DNA of 64,000 bases from Myxococcota bacterium (GCA_036149055.1 JAYZQJ010000227.1:78761-142760), one strand, 5' to 3'. Shown: positions 54,177 to 63,910, counted from the stretch's first letter. Numbers and translations: made by a program. Notes: generated by a model not told the origin, from the letters alone.

Positions 54177-54260
54177 AATTCGGGGCCCGACGTAGGCATT
54201 TCGACCACGTAGGTTCACAAGTTCACTCCGTCCCCTTCCCCGTTCGGTACTCTTCGGGTC

Positions 54261-54956
54261 TTGCGGCTCTACGCGCATCGCGGGGCGCATCAGGCGCACC
54301 CGGAGAACACGCTCGAGGCGTTCCAGGCGGCGATCGACCAGGGCGCGGACGGGGTGGAGCTCGACGTGCGTACGTGCGGGTCGGGCGAGGTGGTGGTGGC
54401 GCACGATCCGCACTTCGGGCGCCTGACCGGGCGCGCGGCGTGGGTGGCGCTGATGCCCTGGGCGAGCCTGCGGGAGCTCGACCTGGGGGGCGGCGCGCGG
54501 CCGCCGCTCCTCGACGACGCGATCGATCTCGTGGTCGGGGCGGGGCTCACCCTCAACGTCGAGGTGAAGGGCGACGTGCCGAGCCGACGCGAGACGGGGC
54601 GGGCGGTGCGGCGGCTGCTCACGCGACGACGCCGCAGCGAGCGGGAGGCGATCCTGCTCTCCAGCTTCGACCCGGTCGTGCTCGCGAGCTGCGGCGACGC
54701 GGTGCGCCGCGCCTTCCTCTTCGACCGCGAGAACACCGGCCTGCTGCGCGCCTGGGCCTTCCATCACGCCGTCCGGCCCGAGGGCCTCCACCCGCACCAC
54801 GCCCTCTGCACCCCGTCGCGCATGCGCCGCTGGAAGCGGGCCGGGCTCTTCGTGAACCCGTGGACGGTGAACGACCCCGCCGAGGCGCGCCGCCTCGAGT
54901 CGCTCGGCGTCGACGGCCTGGTCACCGATGAGGTGCCGGCGCTTCGGGCGCGCTGA
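54261..54956 (+). CDS. Glycerophosphodiester phosphodiesterase
   Basis: AHRG..PENTLEAF, GVELDV, VVAHD, LNVEVK, SSF, WTVND, GVDGLVTD. Confidence 0.93.
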   Translation: MRLYAHRGAHQAHPENTLEAFQAAIDQGADGVELDVRTCGSGEVVVAHDPHFGRLTGRAAWVALMPWASLRELDLGGGARPPLLDDAIDLVVGAGLTLNVEVKGDVPSRRETGRAVRRLLTRRRRSEREAILLSSFDPVVLASCGDAVRRAFLFDRENTGLLRAWAFHHAVRPEGLHPHHALCTPSRMRRWKRAGLFVNPWTVNDPAEARRLESLGVDGLVTDEVPALRAR

Positions 54957-55824
54957 GGAGCGGGCGCGCCTCCTCTTCTCCGAGCTCGGCGCGGACCTCC
55001 TCCCGCCAGGCCGCGGTCATCGGCCGATGGCGGGCGACGGTGGAGGCGACGCGCCAGGGCGCGTGGGCCTCGGCGAGCTGGCGACCGAGGCGCTCGCGGG
55101 TGGGCAGCGCCAGCCGGGGCTCCTCGTCGAACACGCGCTCGTAGCGCTGGCGCAGGGCTTCGCGCCACTCGGGGTCGCTCTTGATCTCGTCGACGCGCGC
55201 CAGGGTCAGCGCGGTCGGCGACACCCCCTCGAGGCTCGCGGCCCGCAGGCGGTCGTGCCCGTCGAGCAGCAGGTGCACGTCGAGCGCGCTCACCCACCAC
55301 AGCAGGAGCGGGGGGAGCGTCCCGGCGCGGGCGTGCTTTCGCCACGACTTCACGCGCCCGGCGTCCGGGGGCGACGGGTCGCGCAGCGGGAGGATCGCCC
55401 CCGATCCCGACGGGCCCCAGGCCTCGAACCGCAGGCGCGGCACCTCGAGCGCGGCCTCGCAGCCCGCGAGCGACGCGACCTCGAGCCGCCACGTGCCGGC
55501 GGTCAACGGGGAGACCTCGCTCTGCTCCAGCGCCGCGGCGGTCCAGGTCAGCCACGCCCCGAGGTCGGTCTTCGCTCGCGCGAGGCGCGCGGAGATCGGC
55601 GGCGTCACCCCGAGCGAGGCGGTCGAGCGGCGGCGGAGCATCCAGACCCCCGCGTAGCGCGGCGCCCGTCGCGCCCACATGCGGGCCACGCCGCCGGCCC
55701 TCAGTCGCAGCCGCCCGTCGCCGTCGTGCTCGAGCGACAGCCCGGGCTCGCTCGGAGCGGCGCGCCTGGTCCACGCCGCGACGGGCGCGTCGATGGCGGC
55801 GTCTCGCTCGATGGCCCAGCCCAT
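54922..55824 (-). CDS. Hypothetical protein with ParB/Srx-like motif
   Basis: LPPLLLW..LLLDGHDRLRAA resembles the ParB-N GxxRxxA motif. Confidence 0.6.
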   Translation of the reverse strand: MGWAIERDAAIDAPVAAWTRRAAPSEPGLSLEHDGDGRLRLRAGGVARMWARRAPRYAGVWMLRRRSTASLGVTPPISARLARAKTDLGAWLTWTAAALEQSEVSPLTAGTWRLEVASLAGCEAALEVPRLRFEAWGPSGSGAILPLRDPSPPDAGRVKSWRKHARAGTLPPLLLWWVSALDVHLLLDGHDRLRAASLEGVSPTALTLARVDEIKSDPEWREALRQRYERVFDEEPRLALPTRERLGRQLAEAHAPWRVASTVARHRPMTAAWREEVRAELGEEEARPLLSAPEAPAPHR

Positions 55825-55896
55825 GTCCCGCAGGGTACGACGTCACTGGGCGCGGAGGATTGATCGTAGACGCGATCTGCCGTTAGAGCCGAGGGC

Positions 55897-56439
55897 ATGA
55901 TCGAGGCGGGGACAGAGGCGCCGGACTTCGAGGCGTCGGGGCTGACCGACGAGCGCATCCGGCTGTCGTCGCGGCGAGGCGCGCCCGTCTGGCTGGCGTT
56001 CTTCCGCTTCGCGTCGTGTCCGCTCTGTAACTACCGGGTGCACGAGATGCTGGAGCGGTGGGAGATGTTCGCCGACCGCGACTTCCACCTGCTGGCGGTG
56101 TTCCAGTCGCCCGCCCACCGACTGCGGGAGTTCGTGGCCAAGCAGAGCCCGCCGTTCCAGCTCATCGCCGATCCCGAGATGGAGCTGTACGAGAAGTACG
56201 GCCTCGAGGCCTCGTTCGGCGCCGCGCTGTCCGCGAACGTGTTCTCCAAGGGGCTCTCCGCCGCGACCACCCGGGGCATCAAGCTCCTGGCGCTGCCGGA
56301 CGGCCCGGCCCTGCGGGTGCCCGCCGACTTCTTCATCGACCGCCGGGGCGTCGTGCAGCGGACCTACCAAGGCCGCGACATCGCCGATCACGTGCCCCTG
56401 GAGGAGGCCGACGCGTTCCTCCGCGCCCAGGGCGCCTGA
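55897..56439 (+). CDS. Peroxiredoxin-like (AhpC/TSA) protein
   Basis: APDF, FFRFASCPLC, IADPE..LYEKYG, PADFFID. Confidence 0.88.
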   Translation: MIEAGTEAPDFEASGLTDERIRLSSRRGAPVWLAFFRFASCPLCNYRVHEMLERWEMFADRDFHLLAVFQSPAHRLREFVAKQSPPFQLIADPEMELYEKYGLEASFGAALSANVFSKGLSAATTRGIKLLALPDGPALRVPADFFIDRRGVVQRTYQGRDIADHVPLEEADAFLRAQGA

Positions 56440-56626
56440 GCGGGGACGGTTGCGGCCGGGGGCTTCCCCCTCTATATCGGCGGGGACCGACCGCCGGCTC
56501 GGGCCCTCACGGGCTCCCCGTGCGTCGCGTCACGTGCCGCGCTGGCCATCCCAGGCCCCACGGCGCATCAACCCGCGACCGGTCCGCAGCTTGGCCGGGG
56601 CGGTAGTCTCAATCCCAGGAGGGTCA

Positions 56627-56926
56627 GTGGCGAAACGAAGGGGCGGAGGCCGTCGAGGCGGCGGCCGCAGAAAAGGCGGAGGCGGAAATCGCGACTTCGA
56701 CGGTGACGACGAGCGTAGCGATCACGTCAAGCTCGAAGGCACCGTGACGAACGTGTTCGCGGGCGGTCAGTTCGAGGTCGAGACCGACGCGGGCCCGACG
56801 GTGCGCGCGAAGCTCTGTGGCCGGATGCGCAAGTACCGCATCCGCGTGATTCTCGGCGACCGGGTGACCGTGGCGCTCTCGCCGTACGATCTGAACCACG
56901 GCATGATCGTGTACCGGACGAAGTAG
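56627..56926 (+). CDS. infA: Translation initiation factor IF-1 with Arg/Gly-rich N-terminal extension
   Basis: LEGTV..F.V...A.LCGRMRKYRIRVILGDRVTVALSPYDLNHGMIVYR. AGGAGG SD before GTG. Confidence 0.9.
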   Translation: MAKRRGGGRRGGGRRKGGGGNRDFDGDDERSDHVKLEGTVTNVFAGGQFEVETDAGPTVRAKLCGRMRKYRIRVILGDRVTVALSPYDLNHGMIVYRTK

Positions 56927-56992
56927 TCTCTCCGGCGCTCGAGAGCCGAGGCTGCGGCGGCATTCGCCCCGCGGCCTCTTGGCGTTTAACCG

Positions 56993-58060
56993 CTACTCGT
57001 CGGCGGCCGGCTCGTCCGGCGCCGGGGCGCGGCGGGGGTCCCGACGACGAGGGCGCGCCGCGTCGCCATCGCTCCCGGTCCGGTCGCTCCCGCAGGCCAC
57101 CGAGCCCTCGGCCGGGCGCACCTCGGTGTAGCAGATGCGGTACTCCGGCGTGGCCTCGGGCTCCCGGCTGCCGACCCAGATCGCGTAGCGCCCCTCGGCC
57201 CACGCGTCCTGATCGACGAACGGGTTCTCCTCGGAGGGCGCGGCGCAGAGATAGCGGCCCCCGGGCGTGCGCACGATCAGGGTCGCCTCGCCGGTCGCGT
57301 CCCCGAGCTGCACCCGGAAGTAGTCGAAGGGTGAGCGGAGGGTGAGCACGTGACTCGGCACGGCGCCGACGTGCCCCTCGCACTGGCCGCCCAGGCTGCG
57401 CACGTCGATCTCGCCGCCGCCTCGCCCCCCGTCCTCACGCGGATCGGGCAGGAACCCTCGGCGGAGGCGTCGATCGCGATACCGCCCCTCCTCGGCCTCG
57501 ACCTCCAGGCCGATCTCGCGCCCGCCGCCGACCGGAGAGCTGGTCTCTCCCTGGCCGGTCGCGGGGGTCACGCTCCGGAACTCGGTCACGACGAGCTCGT
57601 AGGGCACCTCCGCATCGGCCTCGAGGCTGCCGACCCAGATCTCCCAGCGACCGGACGCGAACGCGCCCTGCTCCCGGGGCGCCTCGCCGATGCGCCGCCC
57701 GCCGCAGCGCCAGCGACCGTCCGGCCCCCGCACCGCGATGGTGACGTCGCGCGGCGCGATCGCGAAGAGGCGGAGGAACGGGAAGCTCGACTCGAGCTCG
57801 AGCACGTGGCTCGGCGCGTCGGCCACGTGCCCGGGGCAGCTCGGCGCGAGCTCGCGGAGGGGCCGGGCGCCGCGAGCGACCCCCTGCATGCGCACCGGGT
57901 CCGGCGTGTAGCCGGTCCGGAGGGCCATGGGCGCCTGCCCCTGCGCCTGCCCCTGTGCCGCCGCCTGCCGCTGTGCCGCCGCCTGTCCCTGGGCCGCCGC
58001 CTGTCCCAGAGCTGCAGAGGGCCACGCGAGCGCGAGCGCGAGGACGAGCGCGGAACGCAC
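56993..58060 (-). CDS. Secreted protein with two homologous beta domains (PPC-like)
   Basis: Signal peptide, QAAAQ repeats, two repeats G(Y/F)xPDP..C.GHV...PSHVL..F...R..PxGR..C..GR(W/Y).IWVGS. Confidence 0.75.
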   Translation of the reverse strand: MRSALVLALALAWPSAALGQAAAQGQAAAQRQAAAQGQAQGQAPMALRTGYTPDPVRMQGVARGARPLRELAPSCPGHVADAPSHVLELESSFPFLRLFAIAPRDVTIAVRGPDGRWRCGGRRIGEAPREQGAFASGRWEIWVGSLEADAEVPYELVVTEFRSVTPATGQGETSSPVGGGREIGLEVEAEEGRYRDRRLRRGFLPDPREDGGRGGGEIDVRSLGGQCEGHVGAVPSHVLTLRSPFDYFRVQLGDATGEATLIVRTPGGRYLCAAPSEENPFVDQDAWAEGRYAIWVGSREPEATPEYRICYTEVRPAEGSVACGSDRTGSDGDAARPRRRDPRRAPAPDEPAADE

Positions 58061-58062
58061 CG

Positions 58063-58362
58063 TCAGTCCGCGGCCCAGGCCTCGAAGTGCAGCGCGTCCT
58101 CGGCGTCGACGTTGAGCGCGCCGTCGCGGCCTCGGACCGTGTGCCCGAGCCGGAGCAGGATCGACTCCGCGAGGAGCTTCCGCTGCTCGAGCTGCGCGCC
58201 GAGCGCCGAGTCCGCGCGCCGGCTCGCCTCCCGATCGCAGTAGGCGATGGCCTGCTTGGCGCGCGCGATCGCCTCACCGCGAAGGTCGTTGGCGATGAAG
58301 CGCTCGGCCTGCGCCAGCATCATGTCCACCCGCTCCGCGGGGCTGGTCTTGCGAATGCTCAT
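58063..58362 (-). CDS. Hypothetical helical protein (99 aa)
   Basis: Co-oriented, 2 nt from the next gene. TACCTT box upstream. Confidence 0.6.
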   Translation of the reverse strand: MSIRKTSPAERVDMMLAQAERFIANDLRGEAIARAKQAIAYCDREASRRADSALGAQLEQRKLLAESILLRLGHTVRGRDGALNVDAEDALHFEAWAAD

Positions 58363-58467
58363 CGTCCGCGAAGGTAGCCCCCCGACGCGCCGCTGGGAAG
58401 CGCGAGAATGGGGTCGGAATCTCGCTCCCCAGCGTCAGTCCGGAGGCCCGATTTCCGTCCGTCGAGC

Positions 58468-58620
58468 ATGAAGATCGAACACACCTTCCTGCTCCTCGTG
58501 ATCGCCCTCGGCCTCACCGGCTGCGGCTCCTTCTTCCGCGAGCTCTTCCCGCCCAACGAGCCCTCGAGCGCGGTCGTCGTGCACTGCCGCGAGGCTCCGG
58601 AGGCCGCCGAGGAGGAGTGA
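58468..58620 (+). CDS. Small lipoprotein (50 aa)
   Basis: MKIEHTFLLLVIALGLTGC lipobox. Confidence 0.6.
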   Translation: MKIEHTFLLLVIALGLTGCGSFFRELFPPNEPSSAVVVHCREAPEAAEEE

Positions 58621-58684
58621 TTCGCGGCGCCAGCTAAGCGGAGGTCAGTCGCCCCCCGGGGGTCGGTCGCTCACCATCGCGTGC

Positions 58685-59821
58685 ATGGTCTCTCCGCGAA
58701 GTCTCTTCGGAGCGTGCGGGACGCTGGCGCTGGCGCTCGGGCTGGCCGCCTGCATCCCGGACCTCGACATCTCCGGCAAGCCCTGCCCCTGCGCCCCGGG
58801 GTTCCACTGCGACGAAGACCGGTGCGTGCCGGGGGAGGCGCCCCCGGACGCGGGCCAGGACGCGGGCCCGGCGGTCCACGACTCGGGCACGGAGACGGAG
58901 GACGCGGGGCCGGGGGACGCCGGGCCGCCCGAGGGACGGATCCAGGTCCACGACCTGCACGCGGAGTGGCGCACGCCCAACAGCATCCAGTGGAGCTGGA
59001 GCGTCGTGGGCGACCCGGCCGAGTTCGGGGAGCTGATCCTGGTCGTCGCCGAGAACGAGGACGATCTCGCCTCCGAGACCGGCACCGCCCGGGTGATCGA
59101 CGGGAGCGAGCGTCCGAGCCTCCGCCTCTGGAACCGCCGCCGAACCTGCGGGGGCGACGACCAGATCCTGTCCGTGTACACGGATCGGCACACGCCGAGC
59201 ACCCGCTACGTCGCCCAGCTCATCGCGATCGACAACCGCGGTCACCGCTCGCGCAGCAACGTCGCCCCCGTCACCACGACCCCGGCGCCGATCGGCGCGG
59301 TCGTCCTGTTCTCGGACGAGCGCCCCCGCGGCTACCCGCTCCCCGGCGAGATCACCGTCTCGTCGGAGGCGCCCTACCGGACGGCGAATCACCTCCTCTA
59401 CGCACACGACAGCTGCCCTCCGCCGAGCCCGGAATGCCCCCAACCTCCCGGCTTCTGCTACCAGAACGTGCGTTGGCAGGACATGCGCGCCGGCGCCCTG
59501 CCGATCAGCGGAGGCAGCTTCGAGCTGGCATACCTGGAGATGGCGGTCGCCATCGACGCGCCGGAGCCTTCGTACTGGTCGAGCATCGGCCTGCACCTGC
59601 GAGAGGGGACGAGCTTCGAGGTCTGGAAGATCGAGCCGTTCGTGCTCCGCACGGGCACGACGTACGACCTGATCCAGGTGCCGCTGCACGCCCTGACGAG
59701 GAGCGACATGGGGCTCGACTTCGCGCGCGCGTCGACGCTCGAGCTGGACGGCTTCCGGGTCGGAGGCTCCTTCCCGGTGGGGACGCGGGTGAGGGTGGAC
59801 GAGGTCGCGATCCGCTGGTGA
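58685..59821 (+). CDS. Lipoprotein: Cys-rich mini-domain, DAG linker, FN3-like and jelly-roll-like domains
   Basis: LGLAAC lipobox, PCPCAPGFHC..C, TPNSIQWSW..PSTRYVAQLIAID. Confidence 0.75.
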   Translation: MVSPRSLFGACGTLALALGLAACIPDLDISGKPCPCAPGFHCDEDRCVPGEAPPDAGQDAGPAVHDSGTETEDAGPGDAGPPEGRIQVHDLHAEWRTPNSIQWSWSVVGDPAEFGELILVVAENEDDLASETGTARVIDGSERPSLRLWNRRRTCGGDDQILSVYTDRHTPSTRYVAQLIAIDNRGHRSRSNVAPVTTTPAPIGAVVLFSDERPRGYPLPGEITVSSEAPYRTANHLLYAHDSCPPPSPECPQPPGFCYQNVRWQDMRAGALPISGGSFELAYLEMAVAIDAPEPSYWSSIGLHLREGTSFEVWKIEPFVLRTGTTYDLIQVPLHALTRSDMGLDFARASTLELDGFRVGGSFPVGTRVRVDEVAIRW

Positions 59822-59833
59822 TACGATGCACCG

Positions 59834-62509
59834 GTGAGCGGGCGCGGACGCGACGTGACGCTGCAGGCGGCGCCTGGCTGCGATCGAGGCTGCGCCCTCT
59901 GTCCGCTGACCGGGCCGGCGGCGCGCGACGGAATCGAGGCCGCGGGAGGAGGTGGCGCGCGGCTGACGCTGCGGGGTGACGCGGGCTGGACGGCGCGCAT
60001 CCTGGAGGCGTCGCGCGGCGCGACGTGGGTCGAGCGCTGGGTCCGCACGCACGGGGAGGCGTGGTCGGCCGACGCGCTGGTGGACGCGGGGGTGACCGGG
60101 GTGGTCGTCCCGGTGTTCTCCCACGTCGACGCGGTGCACGATCGGATCGCGGGGCGCCCGGGGCAGCTCGAGGCGAGCCTGAGCGCGCTCGCAGGCTACG
60201 CGGCGGCGGGCCTCCGGGTGGAGCTCGAGGTGCCGCTGCTCGCGCGCCGCCTCTCCGATCCGCGCTCGGCGGTGCAGCGGGCGTGGGCGCGCTGCGACCG
60301 GGTCGCGACGGTGCGCTTCGTGGCCCCGCGCGGAGACGTGCACCCGCAGCTGGTCACGCCGCCGTGGCCCGAGATCGGCCCGCACCTCGACGCCGCGATC
60401 GCGTGGTGCGCGGAGGCGGGGATCGAGGCGACGCTCAGCCGCGACGCCGGGGTGCCGTTCTGCGCGCTGCCCGCGCGCCTCGAGAGCTTCCGCTTCGACC
60501 CGAATCGCGCGCGGCCGCCGGCCTTCGGGTGCGTTCGCCCGGAGATCTGCGACGCGTGCGCGTGCGCGCCGCAGTGCCCGGGCACGCCGCGGGCGCAGCT
60601 CGAGAGGTTCGGCGACGCCGGGCTGGCGCCGCTGCCGGAGCGGCCGGCCGCGCTCTATCACCAGCGCAGCACCCCGCACGCCGAGTGGACGGAGTCCCGG
60701 CGGGAGGCGGCCAGGAGGACCGGGCTCCTGGTGCTGCGGCCGACCGTGAACTGCAACCAGGACTGCGTGTTCTGCAGCGCGAACGAGACGTCGGAGAACG
60801 TGTGGACGTCGGACGACGCGATGCTGAAGCAGATCGTGCGCGCGGCCGAGCGGGGCGTGTCGCGGCTGGCCTTCGGGGGCGGCGAGCCGACGCTGGCAAA
60901 GAACCTCCCACGCTACGTCGCGGAAGCGCGCCGGCTCGGGATCGACGAGGTCGAGCTGGTCACGAACGGCACCCTGCTCGATCGCGAGGCGAAGGTCGCG
61001 GCGCTCGTCGACGCGGGGCTCACCCACGCGTTCGTGTCGATGCACGCGCACGACGAGCGACTCAGCCGACACCTCACGCGCAAGGAGGGCGACCTCGAGC
61101 GGACCGCGCGGGCGACCGAGCTGCTCGCGCGCGCGGGCGTGAAGACGACCGTGAACCACGTGATCACGACCGAGAACATGCGCTTCCTGACCGCGTTCGT
61201 GCGCTTCGTGCGGGCGCGGTTCGAGGGCGCGGTCGCGATCTCCTTCGCCTTCGTCACGCCGCAGTACAAGGCGCTCGAGGACCTCGCGATGATGCCGCGG
61301 CTGAGCGCGCTGCAGCCACACCTCGAGGCCGCGATGGCGGAGGCGCTCGAGATCGGCCAGCCGGCGTGGGTCGGCGCGCGCCAGGGGGTGCCGCCGTGCC
61401 GGCTGGGCGCGTTCCGCGCGTGGTCGGACATCTTCGAGCACGCGGCGGCCGGGCTCAGCGAGGACACGCCTCAGAAGACGCAGGGCCCGGGCTGCGAGCG
61501 CTGCCGCTACGCGCAGGTGTGCACCGGCGTGTGGAAGCCCTACGCCGAGCGCCACGGGCTCGACGAGCTGACGCCGATCGAGGGCGCGCCGTTCTCGGAA
61601 GACGAGCTCGACCGGATCCGCACCCTGAAGACCGAGCCCTGGGGCCTCCCGCCGCCCGACTTCGAGGCGCTGCCCGACTTCCTGCGCGACCGGGCCCGGG
61701 AGGCGCGCGCCGCGACGCTGGAGACGCCGGCCCTCACCGACCGACCGGCGGCGCGCGGAGAGCGCCCGGCGAGGATCGCGATGCTGGGCACCGGGCCACG
61801 GGCGGCGGAGCTCGCGGCCGCGCTCCGATCGATCGAGGGGGCGAGCCTGGACGCGATCATCGGCCCGCACGCCGAGGAGGCGCGGGACCCGGCGTTCGGC
61901 GACTGCCCGCGCTGGACCGACGCGGCGGAGGCCTTCGAGGAGATGCGACCCGACGCGGCCCTGCTCGTCGAAGGGGAGGCGCCCGCGTCGGGGGTGACCG
62001 TCTTCGCGCCGGCGCACCCGCTCGCGTTCGCCGACGCGCCCTCCGGGGCGCTGCGACGCGCGGTGCACCGGGTGGGGCCCCGGGCGCCGGGCGCGTGGTC
62101 GAAGCGGAGCCTGGTCCCGCTCCTCGAGGGGCTGATCGCCTTCGCGCTCGAGCGCGCGCCCGACGCGACGCTGACCGACGCGCGCCACGTCGGCGAGGCG
62201 CGCCCGGAGGCGGTGCACCTGGAGCTCGGCGCGGCGTCCCTGACGCTGGCGCTCGACGGCGGGGACGCGGGCCTCGACGTCTTGACCGAAGACGGCGCGC
62301 GCACCGTGCCGCTCGACGACCTGGACGCGCGCATGCTCCGCGCGTTCGTGGCCGCGGTCCGCGAGGGGCGCCCGGTGACGGACGAGGCGCGGGCCGCCCG
62401 GGCGCGCGCGATCGCGGCGGCGGCGGTCGAGCGCCTCGAGCAGGCCGGGCTCCGCTTCACCCGGGCGAACGCGCCGAAGCACGTGGCCTCGCGGAGCCTG
62501 CGCGAGTGA
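59834..62509 (+). CDS. Tandem radical SAM protein (degenerate rSAM + intact rSAM, each followed by a Cys cluster) with Rossmann-like C-terminus
   Basis: CDRGCALC and CNQDCVFC motifs, GGGEPT, VTNG, CDACACAPQCPG, CERCRYAQVCTG, RIAMLGTG. Confidence 0.85.
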   Translation: MSGRGRDVTLQAAPGCDRGCALCPLTGPAARDGIEAAGGGGARLTLRGDAGWTARILEASRGATWVERWVRTHGEAWSADALVDAGVTGVVVPVFSHVDAVHDRIAGRPGQLEASLSALAGYAAAGLRVELEVPLLARRLSDPRSAVQRAWARCDRVATVRFVAPRGDVHPQLVTPPWPEIGPHLDAAIAWCAEAGIEATLSRDAGVPFCALPARLESFRFDPNRARPPAFGCVRPEICDACACAPQCPGTPRAQLERFGDAGLAPLPERPAALYHQRSTPHAEWTESRREAARRTGLLVLRPTVNCNQDCVFCSANETSENVWTSDDAMLKQIVRAAERGVSRLAFGGGEPTLAKNLPRYVAEARRLGIDEVELVTNGTLLDREAKVAALVDAGLTHAFVSMHAHDERLSRHLTRKEGDLERTARATELLARAGVKTTVNHVITTENMRFLTAFVRFVRARFEGAVAISFAFVTPQYKALEDLAMMPRLSALQPHLEAAMAEALEIGQPAWVGARQGVPPCRLGAFRAWSDIFEHAAAGLSEDTPQKTQGPGCERCRYAQVCTGVWKPYAERHGLDELTPIEGAPFSEDELDRIRTLKTEPWGLPPPDFEALPDFLRDRAREARAATLETPALTDRPAARGERPARIAMLGTGPRAAELAAALRSIEGASLDAIIGPHAEEARDPAFGDCPRWTDAAEAFEEMRPDAALLVEGEAPASGVTVFAPAHPLAFADAPSGALRRAVHRVGPRAPGAWSKRSLVPLLEGLIAFALERAPDATLTDARHVGEARPEAVHLELGAASLTLALDGGDAGLDVLTEDGARTVPLDDLDARMLRAFVAAVREGRPVTDEARAARARAIAAAAVERLEQAGLRFTRANAPKHVASRSLRE

Positions 62510-63282
62510 TCGAGACCCGCGGCTACGAGGTCCTCCGGGGGCTCTACGACCCCGAGACGCTCGAGGCGACGCGAGCGACCCTCGACGGATTGCACGCGCG
62601 CTTCGGGGCGCCCGCGCTGCACGCGAAGGCGCCGATCTGGCTCGCCGACGGCGTCGAGATCGCGGGGCCCGGCATGGCCTTCTACTCGCTCCTCGGGCAC
62701 GCGCCCGAGCTCGGCCCGACGCTCTTCACCGACGCGGCGGTCGCGCGCCTCCGGGCTCTGCTCGGGCCGCACATGCACCTCGAGCTCGTCGGCGCGGTGC
62801 TCTCGGACGAGGGCCGCCGCTTCACCGAGTGGGAGAGCCACCTCGGCGGCATCGACGACGAGCGCTGGCGGCGGGCCGGTCGGCGCCCGAGACAGGAAGA
62901 CGTGCGTCGCGTCGTGCACTTCCTCTTCCTCGAGGACATGGGCCCCGAGACGGGCCCCTGGCGCGTGCTGCCGCGCGCGGTCGGCGACCCGGTCGACCCG
63001 CCGGCGTCGCTGCACGCCCCCGACTGGCCGGGTCACGTCGAGCTCTCCCTCGCGGCCGGCGACGTGCTCCTCCTCGAGGAGAGCGTCTGGCACTGCGTGA
63101 TCCCGCGCCGGCGCCCCGGCCGCCGCCGCTTCGTCGGCGCCTACTTCGCGAGCGATCGCGCGGCCCCGACCGAGGCGAACGATCCCCTGCTCGACCGCCT
63201 CGAGTCGTCCGATCCGCGCCTCCGATCCCTGCTCGCGCACCGCCCGCGCCCCGAGCGCCCCGGACCGGGGAAGCTGCGCTAG
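62506..63282 (+). CDS. Phytanoyl-CoA dioxygenase (PhyH)-like Fe/2OG protein
   Basis: GTGA overlap with the rSAM gene. RGYEVLRG, FLEDMGPETGPWRVLP, AGDVLLL..VWH..RRFV. Confidence 0.72.
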   Translation: MIETRGYEVLRGLYDPETLEATRATLDGLHARFGAPALHAKAPIWLADGVEIAGPGMAFYSLLGHAPELGPTLFTDAAVARLRALLGPHMHLELVGAVLSDEGRRFTEWESHLGGIDDERWRRAGRRPRQEDVRRVVHFLFLEDMGPETGPWRVLPRAVGDPVDPPASLHAPDWPGHVELSLAAGDVLLLEESVWHCVIPRRRPGRRRFVGAYFASDRAAPTEANDPLLDRLESSDPRLRSLLAHRPRPERPGPGKLR

Positions 63283-63301
63283 TAGCTGCTAGTCTCGGCC
63301 G

Positions 63302-63904
63302 ATGCGAGCGCTGTGTCTCACCATCGCCCTGCTCTCCATCGGCTGCGGCGCCGACGCGAACGACCCCGACGCGGGCCCCGCGCCGACCGACGCCAGCGCC
63401 TCGGACGCCGGCCGTGCCATGGACGCGGAGGTCACCCCGGACGCGGGCCCGACGGACTCCGGCGTCGAGGGTGATCCCGACGCCGGCGTCGACTCCGGGA
63501 TCGACGGCGCGGACGCCGCCACTCCAGGGCCGGACGGGGGCATGCCCTCGCTCGGCCCGGTGCAGTGCCGCACGAGCGACGACTGCGGCGGCTCGGCGAT
63601 CTGCAGCCGCTCGGCCCCCGGCGGGGTGTGCAACGGGTGCGGGACCGACGCCGACTGCCCGAGCGGCACCGAGTGCACGCCCTTCGGCGCCTGCGTGCGC
63701 TTCTGCGACACGGACGCGGACTGCAACGTGGGCTTCCGCTGCCGGGGCTCCGGCCAGTGCTCGATTCGCGGCTGCGAGACGGACGCCGACTGCGCGCCCT
63801 ACGTCTGCGGCGGGAGCGGTCAGTGCGAGCGCCCCGCGTGCGCCGGCGGCGCCCCCTGCCCGAGCCCCTTCACCTGCTCCGCCGACGTCTGCCTGGAGCC
63901 CTGA
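63302..63904 (+). CDS. Cys-rich lipoprotein with DAG/DSG linker
   Basis: LLSIGC lipobox, D(A/S)G repeats, repeated CxTDADC modules. Confidence 0.82.
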   Translation: MRALCLTIALLSIGCGADANDPDAGPAPTDASASDAGRAMDAEVTPDAGPTDSGVEGDPDAGVDSGIDGADAATPGPDGGMPSLGPVQCRTSDDCGGSAICSRSAPGGVCNGCGTDADCPSGTECTPFGACVRFCDTDADCNVGFRCRGSGQCSIRGCETDADCAPYVCGGSGQCERPACAGGAPCPSPFTCSADVCLEP

Positions 63905-63910
63905 GTTGTC

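Noticed and set aside
58468..58620. RiPP precursor for the radical SAM enzyme
   Set aside because: It has an ordinary lipoprotein signal and no leader/core pattern, and is separated by another gene.
58634..62482. 1282-aa minus-strand ORF, and similar long shadow ORFs such as 17170..20373
   Set aside because: Antisense to well-supported genes, with low-information Arg/Ala/Gly composition.
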